From the NCBI GenBank assembly GCA_965140415.1, contig OZ223209.1, positions 5,376,001-5,440,000 of the forward strand: a stretch of 64,000 nt of DNA. The letters run 5' to 3'. Position 1 is the first letter of the stretch. Every line of letters begins with the position of its first letter. Positions 29,201 to 39,134 of this stretch are shown here, in pieces. The position numbers and the translations under genes were made by a program. The notes beneath the pieces are model-generated. The model was not told where the DNA came from, did not search any database, and worked only from the letters and a program-made list of their open reading frames with translations. Source of the stretch: Myxococcota bacterium (GTDB taxonomy: Bacteria > Myxococcota_A > SURF-8).

Positions 29201-32200
29201 CTATTTCTCCGCCCAGCTGGTACCATAACCGCAGTCCACCAGCCCCTTAACGCTTGCCTCGGGGAAAACCTCCAACATCCCCTCCGTCATGGCGTCGGTC
29301 AGTATCTGCTGGACCTCCTCGGCATCACCAGCATCCGCCTCGACAATCAGTTCGTCGTGAACCGCACCCACTAACGCAGCATTCACCCCGGACTTCTCCA
29401 ACTTGGCGATCAATCGCGCCATGGCGGCGTACAGCACCTCTGCCGCGGCACCCTGGACCGGGTAGTTGTATACCCGGAACGGCGTCAACTCCCTTGCGCC
29501 GAACACAATCTCCCGACCGGCCGGAGTGCGTACCGAGTTCGATTGTTTGGCCTGCCGGAGAGCCCGGTTGTGCCACGAGTCGAAGCCAGGGTAGGATTTG
29601 AACCACGCCTGCCGGTGCTGCCGGGCCTTGGCCAGGCTCATCTGTATGCCGTAATTCTCCTCGGCGTATTTCCGAAGGCCCTTGGCCGATTGCCCGAACA
29701 ACAGGCCGAAGTTGATGGCCTTTGCCAACCGACGCTCCTCCTTCGTGACTTCCGCAGGTTCTTTGCCCAGCAACACCGCTGCGGTCATCGTGTGGACATC
29801 CACGCCGCGCTTATAGGCCTCCAAGAGAATGCTCTCAGGTGCGATATAGGACGCGGCCCGCAGCTCCATCTGGCCATAGTCGGCGATAACCAACCGGCGG
29901 CCCTCCGGGGCAACGAACAGGCTGCGAAACGCTGCCTCCCTGGGCATCTGTTGCAGATTCGGCTTCGAGCAGCTCATGCGCCCGGTGATCGCGCCAGCCA
30001 GCTTGAAATCCGCATGGATCCGTCCCGTTGTAGGGTGCAGATGTTCGATCAGGCCCTTTCCGTAGGTAGAACGCTGCTTGGATACGTCCCGATACGGCAG
30101 GAGAAGGTTGCTCACGATGGCCCGCACGTTCTTGGGAAGTAACGACAGTCCCGACTGCAGCTCGGCAGCTCCCACACTCAACGCGCCGGAAGCGGTCTTC
30201 GGCCAGCGCGCCAAGGCCTTTTCCCCACTCTCCTTCAGCTGGGACGTGACCCACTCGCCGAGTTGTTTGGTGCTGTTCGGGTTCCGCCCACCCAGGGCCT
30301 TCACCAACTCGGCCCGCAGCTGCGCCTCCCGTTCTTCCACGTCGGCCATCAGCTGCGCATGCGCATCACGGTCGAAGGCCATCCCGGTCACGCGCATCTG
30401 CACTACGGCCGGTTGCGCGCCGATGACGAGATCGTAGGCGCGCCGGCTGTCCCGGCTTTCGACTTCTGCCTCAATTCGCTCGAACAAACGTCGAGTGACC
30501 TCGGCGTCCCTGGCTGCGTAGGCCAGCTGCGAGTTCGACAGCTCACCGCTCCAGTCGGATTTCTGAAGCTTCTTGTCCACGGTTTCACCCAGCCAGTGTT
30601 CGGCGGCCTTTTCCAGGGAAACAAGCTCGCCGGTGACCAGATGGTGACCGAGCTTCGTGCAGCCCAGGTTGCTGGTGATCCCGGTTGCCATCAACATACC
30701 CATGTCGAACACGGCGTTGTGCGCGATGCCGCGGATCTGTCTCAACGGCTCCCGTATGGCCCCGAGTCCACCGATCTTGTCCATGTCAAGTACGACCACC
30801 GGCCCATCCTCCGGCGCCAACTGGATGAGCCGAATGCAATCCAGGATAGGGTCCAACCCGGTGGTCTTTACATCCAGACCGACCCGCTGGCCCGAGTCCG
30901 CAAGTTCACCAACGACCCGCCGCGCTTCTTCCACGTCACTGATCAGCGTATAATCGACTCCAGTTGGTGCGTTTACGCATTCAATTCGCGCAGCGGGCGC
31001 ATCCATCCTCTCTGGCGAAGGAGGCCTGTTCGGCGGTACTGGCTCCGGATTGCAACCGATCGTCAGCAGCGAGTCATCCCTGACCGGTGTTTCCGGTTGG
31101 GGCAAGGCCTCCCGCAGTGCTCGACCGAGATCCACAGTCTCCAAGGATTCATCTCGCGGTTGTTCTCCGCTGCTCCTGTTGAACCCATGAACATCCACCT
31201 CTTCTAACCGGTGCCAGGCCTTATGGGCGTAAAGAGCGACGTCGCCGGTCATACCACGATGCCGCACAAGGGAGAGTCGCACCCGACCGCCCGCACCGGG
31301 ACCGAACTTGGGATATTGCTGATCTAGTTGCTGGACATGCCGAAAACAGGCCTGGGCGCGAGTCTCGTCGCCGCGCAACCGGGCTTGGTGACCCACAAAT
31401 TCCCAGGGGTCAATCGTCACCTGAGTTGCGTTCTCTCCTTTACCTTCTTTCACATGAATCGCCTGCGTCTGCATCGTGAGGAGGCCGTCCGCGGCATGCA
31501 CAATGGCCAGGCTATCCCGTGCCGAATTCACGTCGATCTGGCCCTCGGTATTGGCCTGCCGCTCCGCCTCTTTCGTTGTAGATGACAACGCAATCACTAC
31601 CGCACCCGTTTTACGCGCCAGATCTTTACAGGCCACAGCCAGATTCGTGACCCGGGTGGTCGTGTCGCCATACCGGTCAAGCTGTTCGACTCCGGTGCGC
31701 GCAAGTTGCAAATAATCGATTACGACGATCGGCGTTTTATCGGGATGCTGTCGACGAACACGCCGAACCCATGCACCGGCATCCGCCAACGTCGTCTCCA
31801 GTCCGGCCTCCCAGATCTCCAGGAACCGACCTTCGTTCTGAAGATACTCAGTCAGACCTTTGGCAAAAGCCGTCACTTCCTCGGCCGCCAACCGCTGCAT
31901 CTCGATCCGGCGGGAATCGATCCCCAGCCTGCGAGCCATGGCGTATATCAGCATCTGGTGTTTCGACATCTCGTAGCCGAGGTACATTCCCGGAACGCCG
32001 GTCACCGCAGCGTAATCCAGGCACTGAGCGGCTAACGTCGTTTTGAGCCCCTTGGGTGGCGCGACGATGACGTACAGGCGTCCACCATGCCAGCCACCGT
32101 GGAGCAAGTCGTTCAATGTTCCGAATGGAGTGGAGATAACGGCGTTGGTGTCCCGCGCAAACAGCTCGACGACCCGGGCCTGCTGCTGGATGAGAGGACC

Positions 32201-33748
32201 GTGTTGGCCCGTCTCAAGCAGGCAGCTCTCCAGGTTGTGCTGCAGCTGATGAACCACCGCAGCCGCTGACGGACTGCTATCACTGGAGTTCGCCTCCGAT
32301 AGAACCTGATGCACACGATACCGCCGCTCGAATTCCAAGGCCCTGTGGTACGCCGCCTGCCCGGCTTCCGGGCTGTAGGAATGCGCGTGTAACTGTTCCA
32401 GGAACTTCTCCACGTCCTCCACCAACGCGTCCCGGTATTGCGCGACACTGCGCTCGGATATATCACGATCGAGTTCCCGATAAACCGCTGCTGATGTCAA
32501 TCCGCCATTGGTCATGGCCCGGGCCACCAGGGAGGCTGGGCTGTAGGTCACCGTGATTTCGCCGTTCGACATTAGAGGGCGATCCGGCCAGACGTGCTCT
32601 AACCGGTGAACCGGAAGGCCTTCCTCCATGGCGGACCGGAGCAGGTCGAGGGCGACGGGAGGTTCGATCTGCCGCAACCCGAATTCAGACACGGACGGCG
32701 GAGGCCACTCGTCTGTCCGCGCCGAACAGTCTCGGCAGCTGAAAAACTCCCGCCAGCCCTTCATGCCGCGCGGATAATCACAACGGAATTCCGCGTTGTG
32801 GTTCGAGAAGAAATTTTTGATCTTCCCATCGAACGTCTTGCTGCTCGGGTGATCCTCAGAGGCCTCGGCCAGTTTGGTCGCCAGGTACCGGGATGCCTTC
32901 TTATCCAGTCCCCTCGAATGCGCATATTTCGCAAGATTTAGGTTGGCCTTATCGTAGTCGTACTCATGGGACGCTCCGTGTTCCAACATGGCGTCGATGC
33001 AGGGCGGGTGCTCGTACTCCGGTAGTTTCGACCAGTCTGGTTTGACAGAAGGCCCGGACTGCTTCGGCTCCCGGAACCCAGTCGCCTGCGCCTCCTGTCG
33101 TATCCGGTCGTAGGCCTGCCGGAACACCGCCACCGTCACCGCCTTGGTGTTCGCCAACAACGAGACCTGCTCCTCCAGGTCCGGCGGATCCTCGAAACCT
33201 GTGGGAGGCGCGCTGTCGGAGTACCCAGCCGGGTCCAGATACGCCGACCACAACCCCGATCCGCGATGCTTGCAGACCGGCAGCTTCATAACCGCCTGCG
33301 CCGCCTTGGTCGGGACCGCCGTATCGGGCCGGACATCGATGTGCCCTGCGCCGGGACAAGCCACATTGAGCAGATGTTTAAGAAAGGCCTGCAATTGCCC
33401 CGCCCGCACCGGTTCCGCCAGGCAGAAATCAAGGCCGTAGCCCTTGCGCCCGCTGTTGCAAACCAGAGGTGTGGGAAGGCCCAGTTCCTCTATCTTCCGC
33501 AGAACTGCCTGGACCAGAAGCCATTGATCCGCACCGCCGTCGAAATCGAGACGACCCACCCGACAGGTGCTCTCCGGTCCAACGATGTTCAAGGCCGCCG
33601 TCTGCTCACCGCGAAAATGGGCGCGCAGATCTTCATCGGTGATAGGGGCATCCCGGGGCAGGTAGGCCTCGCCGTCCTTGCTCTGGATGTGGACGGCCTG
33701 GCTGGGAACCAAGTACAAACGCATTACCTGTTCAGTCAATCTCTCCAT
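29201..33748 (-). CDS. Fused AEP-type primase / DnaB-like helicase / 3'-5' exonuclease / family A DNA polymerase
   Basis: LDFDG, SGRKG, HPPCIDAML (primase/PriL-like); APPKGLKTT, VVIDYLQL (SF4 helicase); GLDVKTTG, HNAVFD, YAARD (exonuclease); TGRMSCSKPNLQQ, ADYGQMELR, KAINFG, VHDE (PolA). RBS aaggagg. Confidence 0.85.
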   Translation of the reverse strand: MERLTEQVMRLYLVPSQAVHIQSKDGEAYLPRDAPITDEDLRAHFRGEQTAALNIVGPESTCRVGRLDFDGGADQWLLVQAVLRKIEELGLPTPLVCNSGRKGYGLDFCLAEPVRAGQLQAFLKHLLNVACPGAGHIDVRPDTAVPTKAAQAVMKLPVCKHRGSGLWSAYLDPAGYSDSAPPTGFEDPPDLEEQVSLLANTKAVTVAVFRQAYDRIRQEAQATGFREPKQSGPSVKPDWSKLPEYEHPPCIDAMLEHGASHEYDYDKANLNLAKYAHSRGLDKKASRYLATKLAEASEDHPSSKTFDGKIKNFFSNHNAEFRCDYPRGMKGWREFFSCRDCSARTDEWPPPSVSEFGLRQIEPPVALDLLRSAMEEGLPVHRLEHVWPDRPLMSNGEITVTYSPASLVARAMTNGGLTSAAVYRELDRDISERSVAQYRDALVEDVEKFLEQLHAHSYSPEAGQAAYHRALEFERRYRVHQVLSEANSSDSSPSAAAVVHQLQHNLESCLLETGQHGPLIQQQARVVELFARDTNAVISTPFGTLNDLLHGGWHGGRLYVIVAPPKGLKTTLAAQCLDYAAVTGVPGMYLGYEMSKHQMLIYAMARRLGIDSRRIEMQRLAAEEVTAFAKGLTEYLQNEGRFLEIWEAGLETTLADAGAWVRRVRRQHPDKTPIVVIDYLQLARTGVEQLDRYGDTTTRVTNLAVACKDLARKTGAVVIALSSTTKEAERQANTEGQIDVNSARDSLAIVHAADGLLTMQTQAIHVKEGKGENATQVTIDPWEFVGHQARLRGDETRAQACFRHVQQLDQQYPKFGPGAGGRVRLSLVRHRGMTGDVALYAHKAWHRLEEVDVHGFNRSSGEQPRDESLETVDLGRALREALPQPETPVRDDSLLTIGCNPEPVPPNRPPSPERMDAPAARIECVNAPTGVDYTLISDVEEARRVVGELADSGQRVGLDVKTTGLDPILDCIRLIQLAPEDGPVVVLDMDKIGGLGAIREPLRQIRGIAHNAVFDMGMLMATGITSNLGCTKLGHHLVTGELVSLEKAAEHWLGETVDKKLQKSDWSGELSNSQLAYAARDAEVTRRLFERIEAEVESRDSRRAYDLVIGAQPAVVQMRVTGMAFDRDAHAQLMADVEEREAQLRAELVKALGGRNPNSTKQLGEWVTSQLKESGEKALARWPKTASGALSVGAAELQSGLSLLPKNVRAIVSNLLLPYRDVSKQRSTYGKGLIEHLHPTTGRIHADFKLAGAITGRMSCSKPNLQQMPREAAFRSLFVAPEGRRLVIADYGQMELRAASYIAPESILLEAYKRGVDVHTMTAAVLLGKEPAEVTKEERRLAKAINFGLLFGQSAKGLRKYAEENYGIQMSLAKARQHRQAWFKSYPGFDSWHNRALRQAKQSNSVRTPAGREIVFGARELTPFRVYNYPVQGAAAEVLYAAMARLIAKLEKSGVNAALVGAVHDELIVEADAGDAEEVQQILTDAMTEGMLEVFPEASVKGLVDCGYGTSWAEK

Positions 33749-33959
33749 GGTCTCCTCCTTCACGAGAGAGTAGGCCCGCAACAGCGCCACCACGGCGCGG
33801 CGCGGTGCATAGGCCTATTCTCCCGCGAGGGGGAGGCCGCCCGCCACGGCCCCAGACGGGGGCGGCGGACTCACCCCTTCTTGGGGGTGCTTGAGGATAC
33901 TTGGGCCTCCGCGACCGGACAGATATGACCTGATTTCAGTTGGTTACAGGATCGGGCGC

Positions 33960-34020
33960 GAAAATAAGTGGTGGGTGTTCGGAAAATAAGTGGTGGGTAA
34001 ACGGAAAATAAGTGGTGGGT
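33960..34020. repeat. Three iterons with 22-bp period (putative oriV)
   Basis: GAAAATAAGTGGTGGGT at 33960, 33982 and 34004, just 3' of the putative rep gene. Confidence 0.85.
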
Positions 34021-34043
34021 GATTGTAAGAGCTTGACATCAGG

Positions 34044-36137
34044 TCAGTTTTTAGGCTTCTTGCGTGGCCCGGGCTTTTCTAGTTCAGAGACTAGAATTCG
34101 CTTATCTCTCTTTAAATCCATGGATTTATACATCACCGCATAATCTTCTGCCCCTTTGATCTTTACGAGCTCTCCCAGCGGGTTGGCTGGCGACGGGATT
34201 TCCACCGACCAGTCGGCAATCACCCCGGCCTCCGCCACCTGATCGAGTGAGGTAAATATCCGGTTGGCAGCCTTTTTAGGTGTTAGGCTATTGATCAGCG
34301 AGCCGAGACCGAGAGCATGTAGGATGGTTTCCACCCGCGTGCCGTTGCCATTCGGAGTCTCCAACTCGGTGGTTCCGAGATTCCTGTACGTCGTGCGGAG
34401 GCGCAGCTCGATGTACAGTTGCAGCGCGGGGGCGGTATGCAGGACTTTCCCTCGATAGCTGAACATGGCCTGACGGTTCGTCACCATATAGAGGGCACGT
34501 TGGCCTTCCCCGGTGATGTAGGACGCCAGCTGGGGGTTGATCCGCCAGTGGATGGCATGAGGTTCACCTTTACGGATATCGACTGCCGAGACCTGGATGA
34601 TGCCCGTGATGATCCGCTCCTGGCCTTTATTCCTGAGACCAGAAAAAGGGATGTTGATGCGGCGGGCGACATTCATGAAGGCGAAGAACAACTCGCGAGG
34701 ATTGAGATTTTCGCCGAGGATATTGGTCGTTCCCCTCCTGGTGATCCGGTCAATCTTGTCAGGGCGAAGAGTTTTCCAGAAGTCAGCAGCGGTGGTGACG
34801 GTATCGTGGCCGTTGTTTAGCGTGCCGTTTTCCTCCGCCATCTGGAACAGGCCCACGTATCCCTGCGGCAGGAGCCATGGGACATTCGGCGCGACAAACA
34901 CGGTCTGCACCGAGTTTAGCAGGGTGTCTTTAGACAGGTCATCGTCAATCACCGCGAATTCAAGGTCGCGGTAGGAACGGCTTTGTGAAACCGGGCGTTG
35001 CAAGGCCAAAGCCTCGGCACCTTGACCAGTTGTAACGATGGAGAGTGGTTTGTCCATTTCCGGGTTCACCTTCAGCACCGGCATGTGTGGGATGATATCT
35101 AAGAAATTGGATGGTACCTCTGTGAACTGACCGCGTAGTTCGGCACGTTGATCCGCATTACGCTCAATTCGACACCGCGTCATGTCCAGTTGCCGGCTCG
35201 CTCGGAGGAGTCGTTCTCTATGGCGGTTGATGTAATCGGTTAGACTGAGATACAATTGGCGAATTTCACCGATATACCAGTCGACTTGCTCGCCGGACGT
35301 ATCAGGTGAAAGTTCTCCAAGATCCTTCCGATGTCGAAAAAGTTTAGCAAGTTTCTCGGCCAGCTTGCCGGTGAATTCAGGTGTAGGGATGTCGATCCGC
35401 TTGTTGGTCGGGCCTTCAATGAGCCAGAATTGAATGGTTTCGTCGTCTGAGTCAGAGAGAGTTGTCCCGCAGATCAGACGTTTCGTCGGGATTTTTAGAC
35501 GATCCATCAGGTCATACAGGGCGGTCCAGAATGCCAGGTCGTAGTAGGACTCGACTTCATCCGCGAACGGCATATAGGCGATGCTGGCTTGGGGGGTAGT
35601 AGTTGTACGGCTTAGTATCGAGTGGTTTGGGATCGCGTCCAGATATGCCTGCACGTACTCCAGCTCGGTTTGTTGTTGCTCGCGGAACTGTCTCCGGGCG
35701 GCATCCTCTCTAAACAGCCGTACTTCGGTGGTTTTCGTTGTGGGTGACGTTCCCTCCATCGCGGTTACATTCGATTCCACGCGCAGGACATCTTCGTGGC
35801 CGGGCTTACGCCAGAACCGAGTCTCCAGGTGGGTCAGCGCAGCCAATGGGAACTCCTGCCACAGGTCGGTGGCGGCATCCTCCACGGATCGGTCACCAAC
35901 CGGTTCGGGGTAGCAGTAGAAATAGCCCTGGGCGAATGGTTTTTTGTAGTAGCCCGTCCAGTGGTCATCTGCAGCGGGCATCGCTACGTCGATCACGTTG
36001 ACGGTGAGACCGCGCGCCGGGACTATGGGCAGGTCGATCGTGGCGAACGGGGAATTAGGTGTGGTGAAGGGGATTAGATTCATGTTTACCCGCTTATCGA
36101 AAAACGGTGTAGATATTTTATTTGTGCAGGGTTTCAT
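34044..36137 (-). CDS. Putative replication initiator (Rep), uncharacterised
   Basis: Long ORF whose stop abuts the iterons; function from context only; alternative start 36083. Confidence 0.5.
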   Translation of the reverse strand: MKPCTNKISTPFFDKRVNMNLIPFTTPNSPFATIDLPIVPARGLTVNVIDVAMPAADDHWTGYYKKPFAQGYFYCYPEPVGDRSVEDAATDLWQEFPLAALTHLETRFWRKPGHEDVLRVESNVTAMEGTSPTTKTTEVRLFREDAARRQFREQQQTELEYVQAYLDAIPNHSILSRTTTTPQASIAYMPFADEVESYYDLAFWTALYDLMDRLKIPTKRLICGTTLSDSDDETIQFWLIEGPTNKRIDIPTPEFTGKLAEKLAKLFRHRKDLGELSPDTSGEQVDWYIGEIRQLYLSLTDYINRHRERLLRASRQLDMTRCRIERNADQRAELRGQFTEVPSNFLDIIPHMPVLKVNPEMDKPLSIVTTGQGAEALALQRPVSQSRSYRDLEFAVIDDDLSKDTLLNSVQTVFVAPNVPWLLPQGYVGLFQMAEENGTLNNGHDTVTTAADFWKTLRPDKIDRITRRGTTNILGENLNPRELFFAFMNVARRINIPFSGLRNKGQERIITGIIQVSAVDIRKGEPHAIHWRINPQLASYITGEGQRALYMVTNRQAMFSYRGKVLHTAPALQLYIELRLRTTYRNLGTTELETPNGNGTRVETILHALGLGSLINSLTPKKAANRIFTSLDQVAEAGVIADWSVEIPSPANPLGELVKIKGAEDYAVMYKSMDLKRDKRILVSELEKPGPRKKPKN

Positions 36138-36196
36138 CTCAACTATCCAGGAACAACCGAAAGGCTTTGTTATCTATGAAAACCCTACACACTGTG

Positions 36197-37609
36197 TCAT
36201 CCCCGCGCATGTCGATTCAGCCTAACGCCGGAATATACAAGGCCTTTTCGCGTTCGGATTTTCTCGAACCGCTCGGACATTTTTTTGCCGAATGCCGTTT
36301 CCGTCATCGGTTTGCCACCGCGTTCCGTACAGTAGGTTCGGTAACGACTATAAAATTCTCGCGCTGTGCTGGCTGTTGGGAATCCGGGTTGAACCTCCGG
36401 ATCGACCGTCACCTCGTCGCGCAAAAAGGCATCAATCGTGGCGGATTCCTGGGCATCGGCGTATGCCTCGGTCTCGTCTGCAATCCAGGAGAGTGCGGCG
36501 GCGGGATCGCTGCGTTGGTCAATAAACCCGGCGGTATCGGTCCTGAGCGGCTCCAGCAACCAGTGGAGGAATGCGGGCCCCTCCTCGAATAGAGCCTGAT
36601 GCCTTAGAAATTCGTAATCCTCCGTGGCTAGCATCCCTTCGGCCGGGATGACATGGAACAATTTTGGTATCTCGTCGCGAGAACCATGAAACACCGGGGT
36701 GCCGTGGTCGGCTGGCGTTGTCATGATGATGGTATACGGCGGCGCGAGTATATCGACCGTCTCCGTTTTGGAGAGGTTAAGCTGGATTTCCGGACGTTCG
36801 TAGAACGGCCATAGAATCCGCTCGTCCAGCATGGCATATTTCGCCAGATGGATGTCCACGGCGAGGCGGAGACCGAGTAGTTGCTGGAGCGGGCGATTTC
36901 TATTTGGTTCGATAGCTGCTGTAACTGGTATTTCAACACAGTAGCTGCCAGCGATCTGGACAATTAACTGGAATAGCAACCGGATGCCATCCATATCGGC
37001 TGCTTTCAGAACGATCAGTTTTTTTGCTCTGAATCCTGCTAGTACGGAACCTAGGTATCGACGGAAAAATTCAACCTTTTCGATATCATCATCGAATAGC
37101 GTTTTTAAAACCCTCATAATCCGATCGCATTTGCCAGTTTGATTTATTGGCAACCGAGTAGATGCCAGTAGGAAAAAGTCCGGCGTTGTCGAATTCAGTT
37201 GACCTGTACGGACGTCATACAACCCCGCCGGTGTGTTTACATACCCGACATGCCTCTGGAAATAGCGGATATCCGTTTCACAGACGGCCTCAGTCAACCT
37301 CAAAATTTCGCGGTAGACGCTGGTTTTAGCCAACGCAGCTGCACGACTGGCATCCGCCCAACGTCCCTGCCGCGATAGCTGGTCAGCAAACTGGAGAATT
37401 ACCGATTGGATGTCTGGGAACAGATCGTTCTCACGAACGGGTTCAAATATCCGCCCATTGAACCGCAGCCACTTTATGGTCGGGTTATACGCCAGAGCCG
37501 AGCCATGCTCTCGTAGAAATGCCTCTGCAATCGCCGGTAGGCCGACGAAATTCTGCTCCAACAACCGCGCCACTTCTGGACCGAGGGTGGGACTATTTGT
37601 TTTGGTCAT
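36197..37609 (-). CDS. P4/D5-family primase-associated SF3 helicase-like protein with degenerate NTPase motifs
   Basis: WLRFNGRIF, VNTPAGLYDVRTG, FFRRYLGS, C-terminal wHTH (FYSRYRTYC...TAFGKKM); Walker A position reads LKAADMDGIR. Confidence 0.75.
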   Translation of the reverse strand: MTKTNSPTLGPEVARLLEQNFVGLPAIAEAFLREHGSALAYNPTIKWLRFNGRIFEPVRENDLFPDIQSVILQFADQLSRQGRWADASRAAALAKTSVYREILRLTEAVCETDIRYFQRHVGYVNTPAGLYDVRTGQLNSTTPDFFLLASTRLPINQTGKCDRIMRVLKTLFDDDIEKVEFFRRYLGSVLAGFRAKKLIVLKAADMDGIRLLFQLIVQIAGSYCVEIPVTAAIEPNRNRPLQQLLGLRLAVDIHLAKYAMLDERILWPFYERPEIQLNLSKTETVDILAPPYTIIMTTPADHGTPVFHGSRDEIPKLFHVIPAEGMLATEDYEFLRHQALFEEGPAFLHWLLEPLRTDTAGFIDQRSDPAAALSWIADETEAYADAQESATIDAFLRDEVTVDPEVQPGFPTASTAREFYSRYRTYCTERGGKPMTETAFGKKMSERFEKIRTRKGLVYSGVRLNRHARG

Positions 37610-37814
37610 TTTTCACAGCCTCCTCGCTGGTGCTGCGGAATGTCCGTTCCGATAGCCAGCGGTCCAGTTCATCGACATCGTAAACGGCACGACCGCGGGG
37701 GCCGCCGAGACGCGTATAAACTGGCCCACAACCACGGCAGCGCCATGTTCGTAGCGTTTGAGGTTTGACGCCGATTCGTTCAGCCGCATTTTTCGTATTG
37801 ATCGGTTTGCTCAT
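37593..37814 (-). CDS. Excisionase/AlpA-like HTH protein
   Basis: AAERIGVKPQTLRTWRCRGCGP...YDVDELDRWL. Confidence 0.85.
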   Translation of the reverse strand: MSKPINTKNAAERIGVKPQTLRTWRCRGCGPVYTRLGGPRGRAVYDVDELDRWLSERTFRSTSEEAVKNDQNK

Positions 37815-37892
37815 TCGTAGACCTCCATCTACGAGTGAGCATCCAGGATATGGGGGTGTTTGGATAGGGTTTTTTCGGAGGGAAATTTTCCC

Positions 37893-39134
37893 CTAATTAT
37901 GTTTTGTTTTACCTCGCTTACGATTTGAGCCCAATATTTCTAGACCGAGTTCATCCGCAATTGAGTTGCTATATATCCCAATTTCCTTTGTGTGATTTGT
38001 ATCGCAGCCATCTATATCGTACTTTGATTCTATTGGAGGAACAATTCTGCGAACAGCCCACTCTATATGGAGATTTCTAATTTTAGGATTTTGCTCGGTA
38101 TACATTTCATCGATTTCTTCATCTGGCACTAAGCCGAACTCCTCTGGAAGTAGAGGTCTAATCCCGTCTTTTTCCAAGCAATCAAGATACTTTTTCAAAT
38201 CAGCTCTGAATTTGTCCTGGATCCTTTTTTCCGCCTGCTTCCTTTCTTCACCATTATCAATCCACCAGAAATCACGAAAATGAAACTGGAGTGCGGTTGG
38301 GATTTCTTGTGGGTTATTATCATAATGCAGTTGACGTTTCTGCTCGTCGCTCATCCAGTCTGGCATAAGAATTCGTTCTCTGTTATCGAAGAACGGAAAG
38401 GCCAGCCATGGCGTACCATTGCGGAAGAGATCAATTAGTAACTCATCATCAAGTCCGTTTATGCAGCATCGAATCCAGAACTCCGGTTTAAGAAAGAAGG
38501 TCAAACGCCACCGTTTATTGACCGGAACCCTCTTGTCGGAGGCAAGCAGGTCTGCAAGTGCCGAGATGAGACATTTCCATCTTAAATTTTCCCAATATGT
38601 AAGATTTCCGAGCTTAGATGCACGATTGCTGCCCCCCGAGTACTTTGCAGAAAATTGGACATCACGTTCTATTTGAAGACGTTTCTCTTCAGAGAATGGA
38701 GCAGGGAGAACCGGGGCAAACACCTCTTGCCTAGCGAACGCTTCACCGTTATTTAACCAATACCAAAGTTGCCGCTCAGCATAACCAACGCACCATCCAG
38801 CCGTGAGGTTGAACTTGGTGAGGTAATTTTCTAGCTCACAACGAAATTTCGCGTAGCAATCTATTGCCTGTACCGCATTAACATTCTTTCCCTGAAAGCA
38901 TTGAAAGATATTATAGAATTCATCAAGGGTGGAAGCTTTCGCCATTGCAAGAACCGCTTCTTCAATGTTGCTGATTGTACTAATTGAATTGATCGAATCA
39001 AGCCAGTCTTTGTAAATCTGCAATCCTTCCTTTGCAAGGTCTCTTGAAAATTCTGGTCGCAGTTCAAGTGTATTTTTCCAGAACAAACTCATTAGCGACA
39101 CTAAATCTGGTCTTTCCCAATCTGAGTGGGTCAT
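37893..39134 (-). CDS. Hypothetical protein (AT-rich), coupled to the integrase
   Basis: 413-aa ORF with a 4-nt overlap with the integrase stop. Confidence 0.7.
   Translation of the reverse strand: MTHSDWERPDLVSLMSLFWKNTLELRPEFSRDLAKEGLQIYKDWLDSINSISTISNIEEAVLAMAKASTLDEFYNIFQCFQGKNVNAVQAIDCYAKFRCELENYLTKFNLTAGWCVGYAERQLWYWLNNGEAFARQEVFAPVLPAPFSEEKRLQIERDVQFSAKYSGGSNRASKLGNLTYWENLRWKCLISALADLLASDKRVPVNKRWRLTFFLKPEFWIRCCINGLDDELLIDLFRNGTPWLAFPFFDNRERILMPDWMSDEQKRQLHYDNNPQEIPTALQFHFRDFWWIDNGEERKQAEKRIQDKFRADLKKYLDCLEKDGIRPLLPEEFGLVPDEEIDEMYTEQNPKIRNLHIEWAVRRIVPPIESKYDIDGCDTNHTKEIGIYSNSIADELGLEILGSNRKRGKTKHN

Noticed and set aside
33960-34020. CRISPR array
   Set aside because: 17-bp repeats with 5-bp gaps and no cas genes; fits iterons.
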